This document shows, in pieces, positions 28,741 through 37,494 of a stretch of 64,000 bases of DNA. Origin of the DNA: Oligosphaera ethanolica (GTDB taxonomy: Bacteria > Verrucomicrobiota > Lentisphaeria > Oligosphaerales > Oligosphaeraceae). The notes beneath the pieces are model-generated. The model did not search any database. It had not been told where the DNA came from and saw nothing but the letters and a program-made list of their open reading frames with translations. Position 1 is the stretch's first letter; the number at the start of each line of letters is the position of its first letter. The DNA lies in contig NZ_JAUSVL010000001.1 in the NCBI RefSeq assembly GCF_030814695.1, forward strand, positions 1,398,227 through 1,462,226, read 5' to 3'. Both the position numbers and the translations under genes were made by a program.

Positions 28741-29076
28741 CCGATATAACGTCTTCCCCATCTTGTGCTTTTCGACCTCCGTAGTGTCGTTTTAGGTCGC
28801 CCTTACTGGGCTCATTTCGGGTGGGGCCTCTACCCAGGGCGACGCGCCCTGCGGGCGCTTGCCCTGGGCTTTCTTAGACCGCGCCGTTGGCGCTAAAAAC
28901 AAAAGGCCGCAGGAAAGCCGGGCATCGATGGCTGACCGTGTGCATGCCGTGAGGCGACAAACCGGCCGTGAGGTTACCAAACGCGGGAAATGGCATTATG
29001 GTTATGCTTTTGCCGCGGCCCGGCGTGCTTGTCACGGGGGCCATTTTCCCCACCCCAGCACTAATTTATTGACCAC

Positions 29077-30312
29077 ATGATATCCTTTCGGCGCAGCAGC
29101 GACATCTTCAAGCCCGATTCGGGGGCGACGGCATTTTTCGTCAGCATATTGGTCTGGGGCATTGGCGTTGGCTGTTTTGCGGCGACGATGAACAACTTCC
29201 TGTCGGAAATCCACGACCTCAACGCGGTTGAGCGCGGCTGGCTGGAATTTTTCCGCGAGATGCCTGGTTTGGCGCTGGTGTTCATTCTGGCGTTGTTGTA
29301 TCGGGTAAGCGACTGGCGGATCATGCGTCTGGGCACGATCGTGAGCATCATCGGCGTGAGCCTGCTGATGTTGCCGGCGGGCAAGTTCGCCGTGATTGGC
29401 ATCATCATGATCTGGAGTCTTGGCGAGCACCTGGTCATGCCGGTGCGCAACGCCATTGCCATGCAGGTAGCGCGGCCGGAAAACGCCGGGCAATCGCTGG
29501 GCACCCTCAGCGGCGCCATGCATTTCGGGCATGTCCTGGGCAGCATGATGGTCGCCGGCGTCTTCTGGGGCAGCACGCGGCTGCTGAACATCACCGATCG
29601 CGTGGTCATTTACGACAGCGTGTGGGTGATGATCTTCATCATGCTCGCCATCAGCCTGGTCTGCACCTTCGCGCCCAATGCGCCGACGCAGGCGTCACGG
29701 CGTTCGCGGCTGTACTTCCGCCGGAAGTTCTGGAAGTTCTACGCGCTGGAGCTGTTTTACGGCGCCCGCAAGCAGATCTTCATGACCTTCGCGCCATACG
29801 TACTGATCCGCGTGTACGGTTTCGACACCGCCACCATGGCCTTGCTGCTCGGCGTCTGCGCGACGGTGAATATCTTCATGGCGCCGCTCGTTGGCCGCCT
29901 GACGGACCGCATTGGCTATCGCCGGGTGATGATCTACGACACCGTCATCCTCTTCTTCGTCTGCCTGCTCTACGGCTTCGCCGGCGAGCTCTTCGCGCCA
30001 GCGCTGGTGGTGGCCGTCCTCTGCGCAAATTTCCTGCTGGACTCGGTCATCAGCACCAGCGCGCTGGCGACCAATCTGTATGCGAAGATCATCTCGGACA
30101 ATCAGAGCGAGCTGACTTCGACCCTCTCCACCGGCATATCAATCAACCACCTCATCTCGGTACTGGCCGCGCCATTGGGCGGCTGGGTATGGAGCCACTA
30201 TGGCGTCGGGGTGCTCTTTGCCAGCGCGGCGGTCATGGCCGTGTTCAACTCACTGTTTGCCATGACCATCCCCAAGACAGACGCAGGCGCTCAGGGCAAT
30301 TCCAGCAAATAA
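29077..30312 (+). CDS. MFS transporter.
   Basis: It has 12 predicted TM segments with MFS-like loops (GRLTDRIGYRR). Confidence 0.7.
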   Translation: MISFRRSSDIFKPDSGATAFFVSILVWGIGVGCFAATMNNFLSEIHDLNAVERGWLEFFREMPGLALVFILALLYRVSDWRIMRLGTIVSIIGVSLLMLPAGKFAVIGIIMIWSLGEHLVMPVRNAIAMQVARPENAGQSLGTLSGAMHFGHVLGSMMVAGVFWGSTRLLNITDRVVIYDSVWVMIFIMLAISLVCTFAPNAPTQASRRSRLYFRRKFWKFYALELFYGARKQIFMTFAPYVLIRVYGFDTATMALLLGVCATVNIFMAPLVGRLTDRIGYRRVMIYDTVILFFVCLLYGFAGELFAPALVVAVLCANFLLDSVISTSALATNLYAKIISDNQSELTSTLSTGISINHLISVLAAPLGGWVWSHYGVGVLFASAAVMAVFNSLFAMTIPKTDAGAQGNSSK

Positions 30313-31064
30313 TGCCTGAGAATGCCGTAGTCGCTGCCGACGTTAACGCACATGAAACCCGGAACGAGCTCACCAATCATACGGTAATGCGTATGGCCGC
30401 AGATCAGGCCGTTCTTCTTACCCGACGCAAAGGGCAACTCGCTGGGCAAATCGCGCATACCGCCGTAGAAATTGTAGTGGTTGGGCGGAAAACCGCCCAG
30501 GAAGGCCTGATGCGGCACGTGGTGCGTACACAGCACCGTCGCCATATCTGAAATCATGGCGCGCTTTATGTGCTCCACGAAATACTGGTTGATCTCGCGA
30601 TAGCGCCGCACCAGATCAACGACAAAGTGGTCATTCCAGCCATTCCATGGCGTAATCGCCTGCGATTGCCGATAGCGCAGCGAGCCGTCATAAAAAAGCG
30701 TCCCGCCAACAAAATTGTAGCCACCGTAGAGGAAACTCCCGCAAATGTCAAGGAAGTGCACATTGTCTGCCGGCAAGAGCTGGTCGTGGAGCGCTTCAAG
30801 AGTCTCTTCAAAACGCCGCCCCCAGAATTCGTGATTACCGAGGGTCACCAGTACCGGCAGGGACGCCGGAAAAAGCAGGCTGCACAGCGCCGACAACGAG
30901 CGCAACGCCATGGGGTGCAGGGTGTCACCCGTCAGTACAATGAGGTCGGGACGGGTTTCCAGCACCACCTTGCGGACGTCCAGCGCCAGCATCGGCAGCC
31001 GTTTGGCGGCAATGTCGCGATCCAGCACCTTGAAATGCAGGTCTGACAGACATAAAACGCGCAT
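30291..31064 (-). CDS. Metallophosphoesterase (calcineurin-like).
   Basis: It has the MRVLCLSDLHF, GDTLH, GNHE and GHTH motifs. The start was moved to the ATG at 31064, which has an AAGGGGG RBS. Confidence 0.7.
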   Translation of the reverse strand: MRVLCLSDLHFKVLDRDIAAKRLPMLALDVRKVVLETRPDLIVLTGDTLHPMALRSLSALCSLLFPASLPVLVTLGNHEFWGRRFEETLEALHDQLLPADNVHFLDICGSFLYGGYNFVGGTLFYDGSLRYRQSQAITPWNGWNDHFVVDLVRRYREINQYFVEHIKRAMISDMATVLCTHHVPHQAFLGGFPPNHYNFYGGMRDLPSELPFASGKKNGLICGHTHYRMIGELVPGFMCVNVGSDYGILRHYLLELP

Positions 31065-31387
31065 GGCACAGCCCCCTTTCGCTAGACGTCCTGTCTTCCC
31101 TTGACAAACGCCCTCGTCTCGCCGCCGACACGCCAGCAGAACGTCGCCGAAGCGCCAGGCGTCGCCACCAGCAGGCATCATGCTGCCGCTGGCATCACTC
31201 TCGCCGCGTGGGCGTGCCGTCAGGAAAGTCGATTAATATGGCCCATAGTGGGCAAAAAACCAGCATCGCTGGCGGCGCGGCGCCTTCGTCCGAGTGAAAT
31301 CATGATACATTAGCCCCTTGCGTTGACGAGTTTTTCGTTCTGCCGCACCCGGCAGCTGAGCAAGTGATGAGAGAAAGGAGAAAACGT

Positions 31388-32614
31388 ATGGGCAAGACCT
31401 ACCTCGGCCCCCTTGGGGGCGTGATTGTGCTCGCACTGTTGCTGGCGCCGGTTTTTGTGTGGTTTTTCTGCCGTATCGAGCCCCGCAACGGCCAGCTTGC
31501 GGTCATGATCAAGAAGACTGGCAAGCAGCTGCCGAGCGAACAGATCCTTGCGCCGGGACCGGAATACAAAGGCATACAGCTCGACGTCCTTGGCGAGGGG
31601 CGTTATTTCCGCAATCCCTACGTCTGGGAGTGGGAAATCACGGCCATCACCGACATCCCGGCGGGGCATTTTGGCGTGCTGGTGCGAAAATACGGCAAAG
31701 ACCTCCCCGAGGGCGAGATCATCGCGCCGTCGGCGGAGTACAAGGGAATTGTCGAGGACGTTCTCGGCACCGGCAAGCACCGTATCAATCCCTACGCCTA
31801 CGATGTGGAAGTCTATGAAGACCTGCGCATCATGCCCGGCACCGTCGGCGTCGTCGTCAATGTCTGCGGGGCAGACGTCTTTGCCGGCATCGCCAACGAC
31901 ATCACCAACAGCAAGGGTTTTCTGGTGGACAGCAACCGCAAAGGCGTGCTCGCAGAGGTCCTCAAGGAAGGCACGCACCGCATCAATCCCTTCCTGCAGA
32001 GCGTGTCCATTGTCAACATTCAAAGCCAGCGCTATGAGTTCAGCGGCGACGACGCCATCGTCTTCATCACCATGGACGGCTTCAATATCTCACTGGAAGG
32101 CACCGTCGAATTCAACATCTCGGCCGAATCCGCGCCATGCCTCTCCCACGAAGTCGGCGACATGGAGGACATCCTCAAGAAGCTGATCTTGCCGTCAGTC
32201 AGCGGTTTTGCCCGTATCGAAGGCAGCAAGAAGACCGCGACCGAATTCATCGTCGGCGAAAGCCGCCAGCTCTTCCAGAATGAGCTGGAAAAATTTCTGC
32301 AGGCGAACTGCCAGACCTGGGGCATTTCGATCAACTCCGTGCTGATCCGCGACATCATTCCGCCGCAGGAGATCGCGGAGATCATCCGCAACCGCGAGTT
32401 GGCCCAGCAGGAGGCGAAGAAATACAAGCAGCAGATTGAGCAGGCCAAATCCGCGACGGTGTTGGAAGAACAGCGCACGCTGGCCTTGCAGCGCAAGGCG
32501 ATCGTCGCCGCCGAGACGCAGAAACTCACCAGCGAAATAGCCGCCAAGCAGAGCCAGGTCGAGAAGGTGATTGACGCCCAGACCAAACTAAACGCCGCGA
32601 GCATTGAGTACTAG
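31388..32614 (+). CDS. SPFH/Band-7 (flotillin/YqiK-like) protein. It is terminated by TAG at 32612-32614, but the frame stays open beyond it.
   Basis: It has a TM segment, three tandem ~55-aa modules, an SPFH core (IVFITMDGFNISLEGTVEFNI) and a coiled coil. A strong AAGGAG RBS precedes the ATG at 31388. Confidence 0.75.
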   Translation: MGKTYLGPLGGVIVLALLLAPVFVWFFCRIEPRNGQLAVMIKKTGKQLPSEQILAPGPEYKGIQLDVLGEGRYFRNPYVWEWEITAITDIPAGHFGVLVRKYGKDLPEGEIIAPSAEYKGIVEDVLGTGKHRINPYAYDVEVYEDLRIMPGTVGVVVNVCGADVFAGIANDITNSKGFLVDSNRKGVLAEVLKEGTHRINPFLQSVSIVNIQSQRYEFSGDDAIVFITMDGFNISLEGTVEFNISAESAPCLSHEVGDMEDILKKLILPSVSGFARIEGSKKTATEFIVGESRQLFQNELEKFLQANCQTWGISINSVLIRDIIPPQEIAEIIRNRELAQQEAKKYKQQIEQAKSATVLEEQRTLALQRKAIVAAETQKLTSEIAAKQSQVEKVIDAQTKLNAASIEY

Positions 32615-32878
32615 CGTGCCGAGGCCGATGCCAAGGCCATGCTCACCATCGCCGAAGCCGAGCGCAACGTCATTTCCGCCCGCAACACCATGGAGCGGGA
32701 CGTGCTCAAGTTGAACATCGAGGCCTTTGGCGGCGCGGAAGCCTACGTTGCCGGCCTGCTCTACGAGCGCATCGCGCCGCAAATCCAGAGCGTCTTGAGC
32801 CAGGCCGGCTCCGGGCCCTTTGGGCTGCCGGTGGGTCTCCAGCCCAAAGCAACGACGAAAGGAGGGACCCAGCCATGA
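32615..32878 (+). other. In-frame continuation of the SPFH gene after the internal TAG. It encodes an Ala/Glu-rich coiled-coil C-terminus typical of flotillin-like proteins.
   Basis: Its frame is the same as 31388-32614. It has protein-like composition (RAEADAKAMLTIAEAERNVISARN...). Its stop codon overlaps the next gene's ATG. Confidence 0.55.
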
Positions 32879-34632
32879 AGACACGCGCAGCAGCAGCAAT
32901 CGTCCTGTTCGTCCTCGCGCTCGCCGCCGTGGCGGGTATTTACCAGTGGTTCTTCTGCCGTTTCTACGTGCCGCCGGAGCACATGGCCATCGTCACGGCC
33001 AAAAACGGCACGCCGCGCAACGATGGCAGCATCCTGGTCGAGCGCGGCGAAAAAGGCATTTGGCGGGAAGTGTTGCCCGAAGGGCGATATTTCCTCAACC
33101 CGATCTTTTTCGATATACGCATCACGCCGGCGCTGGACATTCCCATCGGCAAAGTCGGCATCGTGACCTCGAAAGTCGGTGCGGCACTACCGCCCGGGGA
33201 CATCATCGCCGCCGACAAGGACAGCCAGGGCATCTGGCGCAACGTGCTGGGCCCGGGCCTACACCGACTGAATCCCGAAGGCTACCAGGTCGACATCGTT
33301 GATGCGATCAACATTCCCATCGGCTACGTGGGCGTGGTGACGTCCCAGACCGGTCCGGCGGCGCCCGTGGGGCAGTTTGCCTCCATCGGCGAAAAAGGGG
33401 TGATCAAGGACATTCTGCAGCCCGGCCTCTACTACGTCAATCCCCGCGCCTACCAGGTCAATGTCATCGAGATCGGCATGAATCAGGTGAGCATGACCGG
33501 CAAACAGGGCAGCCTGATCGAAGTGAAAAACCAGATCGCTTCGACCAATGTGGCCGTGCAGGAAATGCAGGCGCAGACCCTCAGCGTCCAGCAACAGCGC
33601 CGGGAAGACTACCGAAAGAAGTCAACGCCGCAGCGCCCCGCCGCCGCCCGGGAGGACGAGACCGTCATCTTCGGCATCAGCAACTACGTCGAATTTCCCT
33701 CGCGCGACGGCTTCAAGATCATGATGGACATGACGGTGGAATTCGAATTGCTGCCGGCGGACCTGTCGCGCATCTACCTGGTCTTCGGCGATCTGCCGAA
33801 AGTGGTGGAGAAAATCCTGCTGCCGCAGATTCTGTCCATTTCGCGGATCAAGGGCTCCAGCTACAAGGCGCAGGACTTCATCGTCGGCGATGGGCGGGAG
33901 ACCTTCCAGAACAATCTGCGTAGCGACCTGGTGGAGGCGATGAAGGAAAAGAACATCATCATCCACAACGCGATCATCCGCAATGTGGCCATACCGGAGA
34001 ACATCCTCAAACCGATCCAGGAAGCCAGCATCGCCGTCGAACAGAACCTCACCAACGAGTCCCTGCAGGAAGCGGCCAAGATGGAAGGCGAACTCAATAC
34101 GCAAACGGCACTGATCGAACAAAAACGCCGCGAGGTCGAACAGCAGACCAAACTGCAGGTGGCCGAAATCGCCGCCAATGAACGCCAGGCCGTGCGCATG
34201 GTCGAGGTCAATACCGAACTCGAAGTGGCCAACATCGAGCTCGAATCCGCCCAGATCATCGCCAAAAGCAACCAGCTGCGCGGCGAAACCGAAGTCAAAG
34301 CGCAATTCCTGCGCGAAAACGAAACCGCGCTGGGCACGCAGATGAAAGCGGAATCGCTCGGCGCAATGGGCATGATGGCCGATCTCATGCTGGTAGAAAA
34401 TCTCAACCCGCAGCTGAGCATCAATATCATTCACGCCGGCGATGGCACGCTCTGGACCGACCTGAAGAATGCCGCGCTGACTATCAGCCCAAACACCGGC
34501 GGCAAGGCGCCGACCAAAGCCGCCGCGCCACGGGCGGGGACGCCCCAGGCCACGCCGCGACGCGTGGGAGCCACACCGGTAGTCCCGCCGTCGCCAGCAC
34601 CAGCCGTCCCGCCGGTCGGCAACCAGCCATGA
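32875..34632 (+). CDS. SPFH/Band-7 (flotillin-like) protein 2.
   Basis: It has a TM segment, three tandem modules of the form (Q/K)GIWRxVLxPG...NP...IPIGxVGxVTS, an SPFH core, a long coiled coil and a Pro/Ala-rich tail. An AAAGGAGGG RBS is present. Confidence 0.75.
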   Translation: MKTRAAAAIVLFVLALAAVAGIYQWFFCRFYVPPEHMAIVTAKNGTPRNDGSILVERGEKGIWREVLPEGRYFLNPIFFDIRITPALDIPIGKVGIVTSKVGAALPPGDIIAADKDSQGIWRNVLGPGLHRLNPEGYQVDIVDAINIPIGYVGVVTSQTGPAAPVGQFASIGEKGVIKDILQPGLYYVNPRAYQVNVIEIGMNQVSMTGKQGSLIEVKNQIASTNVAVQEMQAQTLSVQQQRREDYRKKSTPQRPAAAREDETVIFGISNYVEFPSRDGFKIMMDMTVEFELLPADLSRIYLVFGDLPKVVEKILLPQILSISRIKGSSYKAQDFIVGDGRETFQNNLRSDLVEAMKEKNIIIHNAIIRNVAIPENILKPIQEASIAVEQNLTNESLQEAAKMEGELNTQTALIEQKRREVEQQTKLQVAEIAANERQAVRMVEVNTELEVANIELESAQIIAKSNQLRGETEVKAQFLRENETALGTQMKAESLGAMGMMADLMLVENLNPQLSINIIHAGDGTLWTDLKNAALTISPNTGGKAPTKAAAPRAGTPQATPRRVGATPVVPPSPAPAVPPVGNQP

Positions 34633-34782
34633 CTTCGCGCCGCCGGCAGCACCAGATGACCGCCGGCGGCCAATCAAGCCGCCGCCGGGAACGTTAACCA
34701 TTAGCGCCCGAGTTCTTCCGCCGGCCACAGCGCCGGGCGGCATAAGTCTTTCTGCGTCAGCACCCACCGAGGAGATAAAGCC

Positions 34783-35634
34783 ATGCGATTCCGTACTGCC
34801 ACCACCATCATCGCCCTCGCGGCATCAGCTGCGTTCGCCCAGGACAGCTCGTGGAAACTCGTCTGGGCAGACGAATTTGACCAGGGCACAGCGCCCGCCG
34901 CCGCTGCGTGGAACTACGAGCACGGCTTCGTCCGCAATCGCGAACTGCAGTACTACACGAAAGAGCGGCCGGAAAATGTCCGCCTCGAAAATGGCCTGCT
35001 CATCCTCGAAGGACGCAAGGAGCGCTTCCCGAACGCCAAACATCAGGCCGAGGCGACCGATTGGCAGCGCGCGCCGGAGTTCGCCGAATACACGTCCGGA
35101 AGCATCAACACCGCCGGCAAGATCGCCTGGCAGTACGGCCGCATCGAAGTGCGCGCGAAACTCCCCGCCGGCAAAGGCACCTGGCCGGCTATTTGGATGA
35201 TGGGCGACAAAAAAGCCAATCCGGCCGTTCGCGGCTGGCCCTTCTGTGGCGAAATCGACATCATGGAGCACGTCGGCAAAACCCCGACCAATATCCACGC
35301 CACCTGCCATTGGGGCGTCGATGGCACAGACCGCAAACACCGTTCCAAAGGCGGCCACACCCTCAATCACGACCCCAAAAACACCTACGACGAATTCCAC
35401 GTCTACGCCATCGAATGGGACAAGGACAAAATCGACTTCTTCTACGACGATCTCAAGTACTTCTCCTTCGACATTGCCCAAGCCGACATGCCCGACGGCA
35501 GCAACCCGTTCCGCCAGAAACACTACCTGTTGCTCAATCTTGCCCTCGGCGGCTCCTGGGGCGGCGACATGGACGACAGCGCCCTACCCGCCCGCTATGA
35601 AATCGACTACGTCCGCGTCTTTGAACACAAATAG
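34783..35634 (+). CDS. Glycoside hydrolase family 16 (laminarinase/licheninase-like), secreted.
   Basis: It has a signal peptide and the GH16 catalytic motif EIDIME. Confidence 0.85.
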   Translation: MRFRTATTIIALAASAAFAQDSSWKLVWADEFDQGTAPAAAAWNYEHGFVRNRELQYYTKERPENVRLENGLLILEGRKERFPNAKHQAEATDWQRAPEFAEYTSGSINTAGKIAWQYGRIEVRAKLPAGKGTWPAIWMMGDKKANPAVRGWPFCGEIDIMEHVGKTPTNIHATCHWGVDGTDRKHRSKGGHTLNHDPKNTYDEFHVYAIEWDKDKIDFFYDDLKYFSFDIAQADMPDGSNPFRQKHYLLLNLALGGSWGGDMDDSALPARYEIDYVRVFEHK

Positions 35635-35682
35635 GCACCCAAAACAAGCGCCGCCATTTTTACCCGCTGAATAACTTGGTCC

Positions 35683-35808
35683 TTCTTTTTCGCGGACGAA
35701 TCGGACGGATCCGACGGATCGGACCGATCAGTATTCTGATCAGTCGGATCAGTCCGATCAGTCCGATCAGTCCGATCAGTCCGATCGAACTTTCCTCTCT
35801 CCCCCGCC
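35683..35808. repeat. Intergenic element: GGACGGATC-type x3, a short centre, then GATCAGTCC x5, followed by the tail CGAACTTTCCTCTCTCCCCCGCC.
   Basis: It is a direct repeat of 36694-36803. The two arrays sit in inverted arrangement around a short centre. Confidence 0.7.
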
Positions 35809-35940
35809 CGCAACGAAATCGACTACGTACGGGTCTACGAGGGTACATAAGCACCGGCAACGGTGGACATTGTCATGAATTATTTATATCTGATCCGAAT
35901 TACTGCAAATTAAACCCAACAGCAGAAAAGGAATGAAATC

Positions 35941-36630
35941 ATGAGAACAAGTCGGTTTTTCCGCGGGATCTTCGCCTTCACCCTGATTGAGCTCCTGGTC
36001 GTCATCGCCATCATCGCCATTCTGGCGGCGATGCTGCTACCGGCCTTATCCAAGGCGCGGGACAAGGCCCGCACCATCAACTGTGCCAGCAACCAGAAGC
36101 AAATCAGCACGTATCTGCTGATGTACACCGACGAAAACAACGAAACCACGCCGGCAGTCAATGGCAATTTCAACGGGCTCTATTCCGGCAAATGGCTTGA
36201 CGCGTTGACGCAGTTCAGCCATCCGGGCATATCCCGCACCGACTGGTGCCACACCATCGCCGTGCCTGGCGGCCGCCGTCCGCGCGATCCCTACGCATGC
36301 CCGACGGGTGAACCCGCCATGGATGTCACCAAAGACTCCCGGCACTACGGCATCAATGTCACCGGCTACCACAAACGCGCCATTAGCACGCTCACGGCGC
36401 CATCCATGCTCATGGCCTTTATGGATATTGACAAAACCGACGGCAGCTGGCCGGACCCGAGCTGCTCCGTTCGCGATAACGTCATCGCAGGCAGCCGCGG
36501 CTACTACCGCCATGCCAGCGGCTCCGGCGCCAACGCCGCCTACGCCGACGGCCATGTCGCTTTCATCGGCAGAAATAACATTCCCTTCAACAAAGACGCC
36601 ACCGACGGTCAATTCTGGATCAGCAAATAA
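35941..36630 (+). CDS. Prepilin-type N-terminal cleavage/methylation domain protein, DUF1559 (H-X9-DG).
   Basis: The N-terminus reads [28 protein letters not shown]. The C-terminus has H-x9-DG ([15 protein letters not shown]). Confidence 0.85.
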   Translation: MRTSRFFRGIFAFTLIELLVVIAIIAILAAMLLPALSKARDKARTINCASNQKQISTYLLMYTDENNETTPAVNGNFNGLYSGKWLDALTQFSHPGISRTDWCHTIAVPGGRRPRDPYACPTGEPAMDVTKDSRHYGINVTGYHKRAISTLTAPSMLMAFMDIDKTDGSWPDPSCSVRDNVIAGSRGYYRHASGSGANAAYADGHVAFIGRNNIPFNKDATDGQFWISK

Positions 36631-36693
36631 AGGCTGACGGCAAGGCGAACCACGCGCGTACCTTTTTGGGACCGACCGGGGCAACCCAGGCGG

Positions 36694-36803
36694 TCCTTTT
36701 TATTCGCGGACGAATCGGACGGATCCGACGGATCGGACCGATCAGTATTCTGATCAGTCGGATCAGTCCGATCAGTCCGATCGAACTTCCCTCTCTCCCC
36801 CGC
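36694..36803. repeat. Second copy of the 35683-35808 element, with 3 + 3 units.
   Basis: It is a near-identical direct repeat on the other side of the DUF1559 gene. Confidence 0.7.
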
Positions 36804-36888
36804 CGCCTCACTCGCGCGGGAAGATGCCTAACAAAATAATCGGCGTTAATCTGCGCAATCTGCGGAAAAGAATCTGCAGAACATTTGC

Positions 36889-37494
36889 TCATTCGCTGAT
36901 GCGTTCGACGACGATATTGCGGAAGGCGACTTGGCCGGTGCCATTGCCTTCCATGCCACAGAGGAGCAGCGCGCGGCCACCGGAGCCAAAGGGCATGGTC
37001 GTTGTAAAGGACACCTCGCGCCAAGGAAAAGTGCCCGCGCCGACCGCCGCCGCCGGCCATTGGGTTTTAGCGCCCGCCACCGGTATCATCAGGCCGAATT
37101 TAATGTTGCTGATGTTCTTGACGTTGTCGCTTTTGACCTGAGCACGGAAGCGGTATTTGCCGCCCTCGGCCAAGTCCAGCCACTGCTTCCACACCGTATG
37201 CTGCTGCTTCTCGTCGTCGTTTTCCAGCAGCAGATCGGCGTCCTGGTAGAATTCGTGCACTGCCGTGTAGGTCACGGTCATTGCCGGCAGGCCCTGTTTC
37301 AGGCCGGCGACGCGATCGGCAGTTTCCTGCAACACAGCGGCCTTTTCGGCGAGTTCCTGAGCGCGGCGGCGCAGCTCGTCGTGTGTTTTTTGTTCTTGGG
37401 CCAACTCAGCTTTGAGGGCGCGATTGGTGGCCAGTTCGTCGCCGCGAATCAGCAGCGACCCCGTCATAATGGCTATCAGTACGCTTTTATGCAT
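36889..37494 (-). CDS. Hypothetical secreted/lipoprotein-like protein. Its start overlaps the GH2 stop (TGATG).
   Basis: It is 202 aa, with an N-terminal hydrophobic segment and a central coiled coil, followed by a beta-rich C-terminus. Confidence 0.5.
   Translation of the reverse strand: MHKSVLIAIMTGSLLIRGDELATNRALKAELAQEQKTHDELRRRAQELAEKAAVLQETADRVAGLKQGLPAMTVTYTAVHEFYQDADLLLENDDEKQQHTVWKQWLDLAEGGKYRFRAQVKSDNVKNISNIKFGLMIPVAGAKTQWPAAAVGAGTFPWREVSFTTTMPFGSGGRALLLCGMEGNGTGQVAFRNIVVERISE

Noticed and set aside
32612-32614. The internal TAG in the SPFH gene as evidence of a genome-wide stop-codon reassignment.
   Set aside because: TAG terminates other well-supported genes in the window, for example GH16 at 35632-35634. 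A genome-wide reassignment is therefore unlikely, and the case is treated as a local event.
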